From positions 23,744 to 87,743 of the forward strand of contig JAOZGC010000003.1 of assembly GCA_027491915.1 (NCBI GenBank): 64,000 nt of DNA. Reading direction: 5' to 3'. This DNA is from Thermoproteota archaeon (GTDB lineage: Archaea; Korarchaeota; Korarchaeia; Korarchaeales; Korarchaeaceae). Below, piece after piece: positions 55,970 through 64,000 of this stretch; the stretch's first letter is position 1; every line of letters starts with the position of its first letter. Under the pieces are notes generated by a model that saw only the letters and a program-made list of their open reading frames with translations, was not told the origin of the DNA and did not search any database. The position numbers and the translations under genes are program-made.

Positions 55970-56755
55970 TTAGAGAAGTAGCGGGGGGTGGATTTGAACC
56001 ACCGACCTCCGGGTTATGAGCCCGGCGGGCTGACCAGGCTGCCCCACCCCGCTGGGCCGCGTTTTCGTCGAGGCGGTATATAAAACTTCGGACCCCTCCC
56101 CGGCGGATCGCCGCACGGGGGCGATCCCGCGTGCGGGCCCGCCGTGGCCGCCGCGCGGGCCCCCTCCGGGCCCGGTGGGGAAGGGGGACCCGCCCACACG
56201 ATCCGGTCGCATGACCCCCTCGGCGGGTCGGTCGGTTCCCCCTGTGGTGGCCGGAGGACTGGTATGGGCCGCTCGCCGCCCGGCCGACCGCCCGCCGGGC
56301 GTCCACCTGGGCGGCCCCCTCCGCGTCGCCAGTGAAGCCGCCCCCAGGATCAGCCCGGCCGCGGCCACTGCCACCCCCGCCGACCGAGCCAGGCGGCTCT
56401 CCCCCTCCTCCTGGACCAGCCAGATGGCCGCCTCGCACCCCCCCGCCCCGGCGGGGGAGAACTCCAGGGAGTACACGGATCCGGCCGGCACCTCGAACTC
56501 CAGGCTGGAGTTCCCCACCTCCCTGGCCGGCACCACCGCCCGCCCGGTGAGGGCGGACCTGAGCTCGAACCTCAGGGGGCAGCCGGACCTCACGTTGAGG
56601 ACGTACCTGCCGGCCTCCATCTTCGCCACCATCGACGCCCGCCCGAACACCCCCAGGTCCCCCCTCGAGTCCCACCTCCCCGAGGTCAGGGCCGACCCGA
56701 CGTAGATCGCCAGCCCGAGGGAGATCAGGGCCGCGGCCGTCCGGGTCCCCAACAA
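55970..56755 (-). CDS. Membrane protein (N- and C-terminal TM, beta-rich middle); frame stays open through tRNA-iMet
   Basis: Protein-like for ~150 aa (to ~56300), then low-complexity read-through. Confidence 0.6.
   Translation of the reverse strand: MLGTRTAAALISLGLAIYVGSALTSGRWDSRGDLGVFGRASMVAKMEAGRYVLNVRSGCPLRFELRSALTGRAVVPAREVGNSSLEFEVPAGSVYSLEFSPAGAGGCEAAIWLVQEEGESRLARSAGVAVAAAGLILGAASLATRRGPPRWTPGGRSAGRRAAHTSPPATTGGTDRPAEGVMRPDRVGGSPFPTGPGGGPRGGHGGPARGIAPVRRSAGEGSEVLYTASTKTRPSGVGQPGQPAGLITRRSVVQIHPPLLL
55979..56053 (-). tRNA. Initiator tRNA-Met(CAT)
   Basis: A1:U72, three G:C pairs in CCGGG-CTCATAA-CCCGG. Confidence 0.97.
56105..56260. ncRNA. Candidate structured ncRNA next to tRNA-iMet promoter
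   Basis: GGATCGCC/GGCGATCC hairpin with possible GCACG/CGTGC pseudoknot; GGGCCCGC/GCGGGCCC; nested CCTCCGG/CCGGAGG, GGGGAA/TTCCCC, GACCCGCC/GGCGGGTC. Confidence 0.45.
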
Positions 56756-57484
56756 TCAGGTCACCTCCATCCTCCTCAGGGAGACCTCCAAGAGCGCCAG
56801 GAAGGCCGCCGTCAGCGCCGCGCACGACAGGACCGCCGGGGCTGGCTTCCCCACGACCAAGGCCTCCTGGTAGAGGTGGGGCAGCGCCAGCCTGAGGTCC
56901 GGGTGGGCGGCCCCCGGGTCGAACCCGGCCTCGACCAGCCAGGGGACGGCCGCCGACACCAGCGAGGACATGAACTCCCCCCTCATGACCAGGGAGATCA
57001 GGACCGACCAGAGGGCCGCGGGCAGGGCCTGCATTAGTATGGGTATCAGGATCACGTGCAGCGGCAGGCGGGAGGGATCCTCCTCGACGAAGGACAGGGC
57101 CCTGATCGTCGCGGAGAACGCGGCGGGGGCGGCCGCGACCGTCAGGGCCGCGACGACCTTGGCTAGGAAGTACTCCCTGCGCCGGACCGGGTAGGACAGG
57201 ATCGTCTGCGTCAGTCCCCCGGAGAGGTCCGAGTGGACCGAGTAGGCCGCGTAGCCCGCCGTCACCACTGTCACCACCGTATACATGGAACCGACCAGCC
57301 CCGCCGCCGAAGCGGCCACGATGTGATCCGCCAGCTCTTGGAGGGACTCGATCCCGACGACGGTGGAGGCCTCCCGGATCTCCACCATGAGCCAGGGCTG
57401 CAGGGCGACGGCCGCCGCGACGGCCCCGGTCGCCAGGGGCCCGAGCCTGCTCAGCTCAATCTCGATCAGGTCCAGGAACCTCAC
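56756..57484 (-). CDS. ABC-2 type transporter permease
   Basis: About six TM; D...G..QTILSYPVRRREYFLAK. Confidence 0.9.
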   Translation of the reverse strand: MRFLDLIEIELSRLGPLATGAVAAAVALQPWLMVEIREASTVVGIESLQELADHIVAASAAGLVGSMYTVVTVVTAGYAAYSVHSDLSGGLTQTILSYPVRRREYFLAKVVAALTVAAAPAAFSATIRALSFVEEDPSRLPLHVILIPILMQALPAALWSVLISLVMRGEFMSSLVSAAVPWLVEAGFDPGAAHPDLRLALPHLYQEALVVGKPAPAVLSCAALTAAFLALLEVSLRRMEVT

Positions 57485-58385
57485 GGGAGATCAACCTCCT
57501 GAAGGTCTCCTCCAGGCTGGGGAGCTCCGGCCTCATGGAGGTCAGCTCCAGCCCCTCCCTGAGGCAGGCCGAGGCCGCGTCCAGGGCCAGCCTGGTGGGA
57601 TCCCGGGACGCGACCCTCACGACCCTCCCCTCGGCGGAGGCCTCGTACCCGGCCTCGACCAGGGCGCGGGCCAGCCTCCCCGGGTCGGACGCCTCCAGCA
57701 GCCAGACGCCGCCCGAGGCCTCGGCCATGACCTCCCCCAGGCTCCCGCTCTCCAGGACCCTGCCCCCGTAGATCACGGCCACGTGGTCGCAGACGGACTG
57801 GACCTCCGAGAGGACGTGCGAGGATATCAGGAAGCTCTTTCCCTCCTTTCGCATCTCCTCAACCCTGTGCAGGAACTCCATCCTGCCGATCACGTCCAGG
57901 TTGGCGGTGGGCTCGTCCAGTATGACCAGCTCCGGCCGGTGGACCATGGCCTGGGCCAGGCCGAGCCTCTTGAGCATCCCGGCCGACAGGCTCGATATCT
58001 TCCTGCCGGCGTGCTCGGAGAGCCCCACCTCCCCCAGCGCCCCCGCGGCGGCCCTGCCCGGATCCGGGACCCCGTACATCCTGGCCACCAGCTCCAGGTA
58101 CCTACCCACCTCCATCTTCCCCGGGTAGGAGGGCCTCTCGTGCAGGACGCCCACCCTCCGCCTGACCTCCATGGAGTCGCGCCAGCAGTCGAGGCCGAAG
58201 GCCCTCAGCTCGCCGCCGTCCGGCCTCAGGAGGCCGAGCACCAGCTTTATGAACGTCGTCTTCCCCGCCCCGTTGGGCCCCACGAGCCCCCAGATGCCCC
58301 TTCCCACCTCGACCGAGAGGCCCCGGAGGGCCTTCACGTCCCCGTACCTCTTCACGAGGTCCGAGGCCGTCACCAGCGCCGGCAT
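57456..58385 (-). CDS. ABC-2 type transporter ATP-binding protein
   Basis: GPNGAGKTT, LSAGM, ILDEPT, SSH. Confidence 0.96.
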   Translation of the reverse strand: MPALVTASDLVKRYGDVKALRGLSVEVGRGIWGLVGPNGAGKTTFIKLVLGLLRPDGGELRAFGLDCWRDSMEVRRRVGVLHERPSYPGKMEVGRYLELVARMYGVPDPGRAAAGALGEVGLSEHAGRKISSLSAGMLKRLGLAQAMVHRPELVILDEPTANLDVIGRMEFLHRVEEMRKEGKSFLISSHVLSEVQSVCDHVAVIYGGRVLESGSLGEVMAEASGGVWLLEASDPGRLARALVEAGYEASAEGRVVRVASRDPTRLALDAASACLREGLELTSMRPELPSLEETFRRLISREVPGPDRD

Positions 58386-58484
58386 CTGGATCCCGCCCTC
58401 CTCCCTCCCTCCGCCCGCGGACCGGTGGCGCCATATTTTTATCTTTTACCCCCCCCAACTTGATCGTTTATGGAGAGAGTTGGG

Positions 58485-58859
58485 GTGAAACTGGTCATAC
58501 CAGTGATCCTCCTCTCGGTCCTCCTGACCCAGTCCGCGGCGGCCGGGATGTGGCTGGTCGACGACTACGACTACGACGTCGACGCCGTCGCTCCCATCGC
58601 TTGGGTCAGCGCCTACGTCCACGGCAAGAGTTGGAGCAGGTGCACCTACTACCAGATGGTCTCCTTCGGCGGCAGGGGGTGGTACTACGCCCCGCTCTTT
58701 GTGGATCACAGGTATGGGCATAGGCACGTTGCGTGGCCCAACAGGTACCCTAAGCACGCCCTCTCTATACATAAGTTATTCCTAAAATCATGGTTCTTTA
58801 TAAACTATAAACTCATAGCCAAGGCCAGGATAGATTTAATATCTTGTCCCGGCTCGTGA
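58485..58859 (+). CDS. Small secreted protein of unknown function
   Basis: Signal peptide MKLVIPVILLSVLLTQSAAA; aromatic-rich mature part with two Cys. Confidence 0.7.
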   Translation: MKLVIPVILLSVLLTQSAAAGMWLVDDYDYDVDAVAPIAWVSAYVHGKSWSRCTYYQMVSFGGRGWYYAPLFVDHRYGHRHVAWPNRYPKHALSIHKLFLKSWFFINYKLIAKARIDLISCPGS

Positions 58860-58878
58860 GCTCGAGAAGGGGGAATGG

Positions 58879-59851
58879 GTTGAGGAGGGGGGCGGAGTTC
58901 AGGCGACCGCCGACCCTGCTGGCGGCCGGCGTGCTGCTCTGCGCTTCGACCTTGGGGTCCGCCTCGCCGAGCGCCGTCCCCAGCTGGATGACCCCGGGAA
59001 CTCGCCTTGGATACTCTTGGTGGCCCCCGTATGTGAACCTGTCCAGGGAGGGCGAGACCTGCTCCGTTTCCTCGCGGGACGCCGTATTCTCATGGTCCGT
59101 TCTGAAGATATCCGGCAATCTCGCCTCGATCGAGCTGGAACTGGATCTGATTCCCCCTCTCCACCTGAGTGGAGATTGCGGCTGGCTCGACCCGCAGGAC
59201 GACTCACCCCTGATCTTGAAGGGGGAGGTGGAGGTGGACCTTACCAACCGCCGCGCCTCTTCCGGCGGCGTAGACCTGGGGCCCGTTCCCCTCTGGATAG
59301 AGGGGCTCGTGCCGGGCGCGGAGGTGGACTTATCCGGCTCCTCCGGGGGGACCTTGGTGGGGGTCGTCGGCCGCCACCGCTTCGCCGGGGAGTACGCCGG
59401 GAGGATGGTCGAGGCGATCAGCGTGACGGCGAGGGGGATCGGCGGCCTGGAGGTGGAGTGCGACTACGACGCCGCCACGGGCGTCCTCCTGGGGGCCTCC
59501 TCTGACCGCGGGGAGATCGACTCCGACGTCTGGTCGGCGCTGAGGGTCCTCCATTTCGAGGGGGCGGACCGGGTCGAAGCAGGCGCGCTAGACCTGGCGA
59601 TCATAAACTCCAGCGTCCGGCTCACCGAGGCCAGGGGTGTCCTGGCCTTGCTGCACGGGATGGGCTGGTGGTTCGTCCTCCTGCCGGAGGCGGCGCTGGC
59701 GGCCTCCGCGGTCGGGTTGATCCTGCTGTCCCTCAGGGTGGGCGGGTTCGAGGAGGCCAGGAGGACCCCTTTGGGGAGGATCCTGTTCGCGATCTTCCTG
59801 GCCTCATTCGCGGTGCTGGTCCTCCTGGTGATCCCCGCCGCCACCGCCTGA
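58879..59851 (+). CDS. Exported protein with two C-terminal TM helices
   Basis: Signal-like segment, PSWMTPG..LGY, YDAATGVLL; start uncertain (58844-58879). Confidence 0.7.
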
Positions 59852-59865
59852 CCCACGCCGAACCC

Positions 59866-60170
59866 TATGGGGGGCAGTCGCGGCCATAGTCCGCCTTCTG
59901 TACTTCGGGGGGATTCGGCTGGGCGGTCGCCCCCCCTCGCCCGGCCCCTCACCGGGGGGGCCCTTGCACCCCGCGGCGCGGCCCGTTTCACCGGTCCCCC
60001 CGGGGTACTCGGCGTCTCCCGCCCCATCGGCATCTCCCGGGGGACGTGTCGTTTCTGTGGCCGACGCTGCCCCTCTCGGGGCACCCCCTCTCGGGAGCGC
60101 GGAGCCGGGAGGTGGGCGGACCTTCCTCAGCCCCGAAGGGCCGTGCCCCCCGGCCGCCTCTGCCCCCCGG
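59866..60170 (-). ncRNA. rnpB: RNase P RNA
   Basis: CTGAGGAAGGTCCGCCCA, ACAGAAA, TGAAACGG, GGTGCAA, TACAGAAGGCGGACTA conserved regions; P1 GGGGGGCAG/CTGCCCCCC. Confidence 0.95.
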
Positions 60171-60330
60171 AGTGAATCCACCCGACGGATAAAAACGCGC
60201 GCCGAGGGGAATGAGCGGCCTGCCCGCAGGCGAGGCGCATCTCCAGACCCCCCTCCGGTCCGCCGGTCTCCTGGTCGACCCGGTGGGCGGCCGCGGGCTT
60301 ACCTCGCCGGGGGCGTCGGATGCATCTCAG

Positions 60331-60366
60331 GGGGAGGGGAGAGACGGAGGAGAAACAGGAACAGGC
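60331..60366 (-). terminator. Pyrimidine-rich tract after 23S processing stem, probable rRNA operon terminator
   Basis: CCTGTTCCTGTTTCTCCTCCGTCTCTCCCCTCCCCC on minus strand. Confidence 0.45.
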
Positions 60367-60367
60367 G

Positions 60368-60410
60368 GAGCGCCCGCACAGTCGCCGTCTCGCGGGCCGG
60401 CGCGTTCGAC
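60368..60410 (-). other. 3' arm of 23S pre-rRNA processing stem (pairs with ~63460-63502)
   Basis: Long complementarity CGCACAGTCGCCG and CCGGCGCGTTCG with BHB-like bulges. Confidence 0.85.
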
Positions 60411-60419
60411 CCGTCGCAC

Positions 60420-63450
<3,031 letters not shown>

Positions 63451-63632
63451 CGAACGCGGCCGAACGCGCCGGTCCTTTGCGCGGCGACTGTGCGGGGCGC
63501 TCACCGGCCACTCCCGCGGCCTAGCGCCTCGACCCCGAAGGTGTCGCCTCCGGGGCGTCATCTCACGCCTGTGAGAGAGTCCGGGTGTCCCTCTGCGCGG
63601 GCAGGGCGTGGAAGGCCTTGAAATGGGTAAAA

Positions 63633-64000
<368 letters not shown>

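Noticed and set aside
51405-55978. Intact provirus or integrative element at tRNA-iMet
   Set aside because: No tyrosine integrase, viral genes or duplicated att site recognised
56105-56260. SRP RNA or 5S rRNA
   Set aside because: No helix-8 GNRA/SRP54 motif or 5S consensus visible

Overview
High-GC archaeal chromosome segment, most likely a TACK-lineage hyperthermophile and probably Korarchaeia. The inference rests on an intron-containing tRNA-Ile(UAU), FtsZ1/FtsZ2/SepF plus full-length Hef, a 16S-23S spacer without tRNA, and no linked 5S. Positions 1-51 kb are dense housekeeping DNA: aminoacyl-tRNA synthetases, aRF1, rpo7/spt4, ftsZ1-secE-spt5-L11-L1-L10, sucC/sucD, rtcB, proteasome beta, aCPSF1, TopoVI, Rio1, aIF1A, aIF2beta, glycine cleavage genes, cdrS-ftsZ2, two RadA paralogs and Hef. 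The window has 15 tRNA genes, five with BHB introns, and at least two of those introns are at non-canonical sites. About 51.4-59.9 kb is accessory: a degenerate IS607/TnpB element inserted in vapC, two VapBC pairs, tRNA-iMet, and an ABC exporter divergent from a small secreted protein. The window ends with RNase P RNA, 23S rRNA and the 16S 3' end on the minus strand. Best leads: (i) a ~200-nt switch-like structured leader before gcvPA-gcvPB; (ii) orphan multi-helix RNA candidates beside tRNA-Gln and tRNA-iMet; (iii) an spt5 that seems to need an ACG start, and a tRNA-Gly with C33; (iv) a Rad51-paralog-like pair next to Hef; (v) a possible secreted antimicrobial/ABC locus. All calls come from motif recognition and pairing by eye; no searches or folding programs were run.
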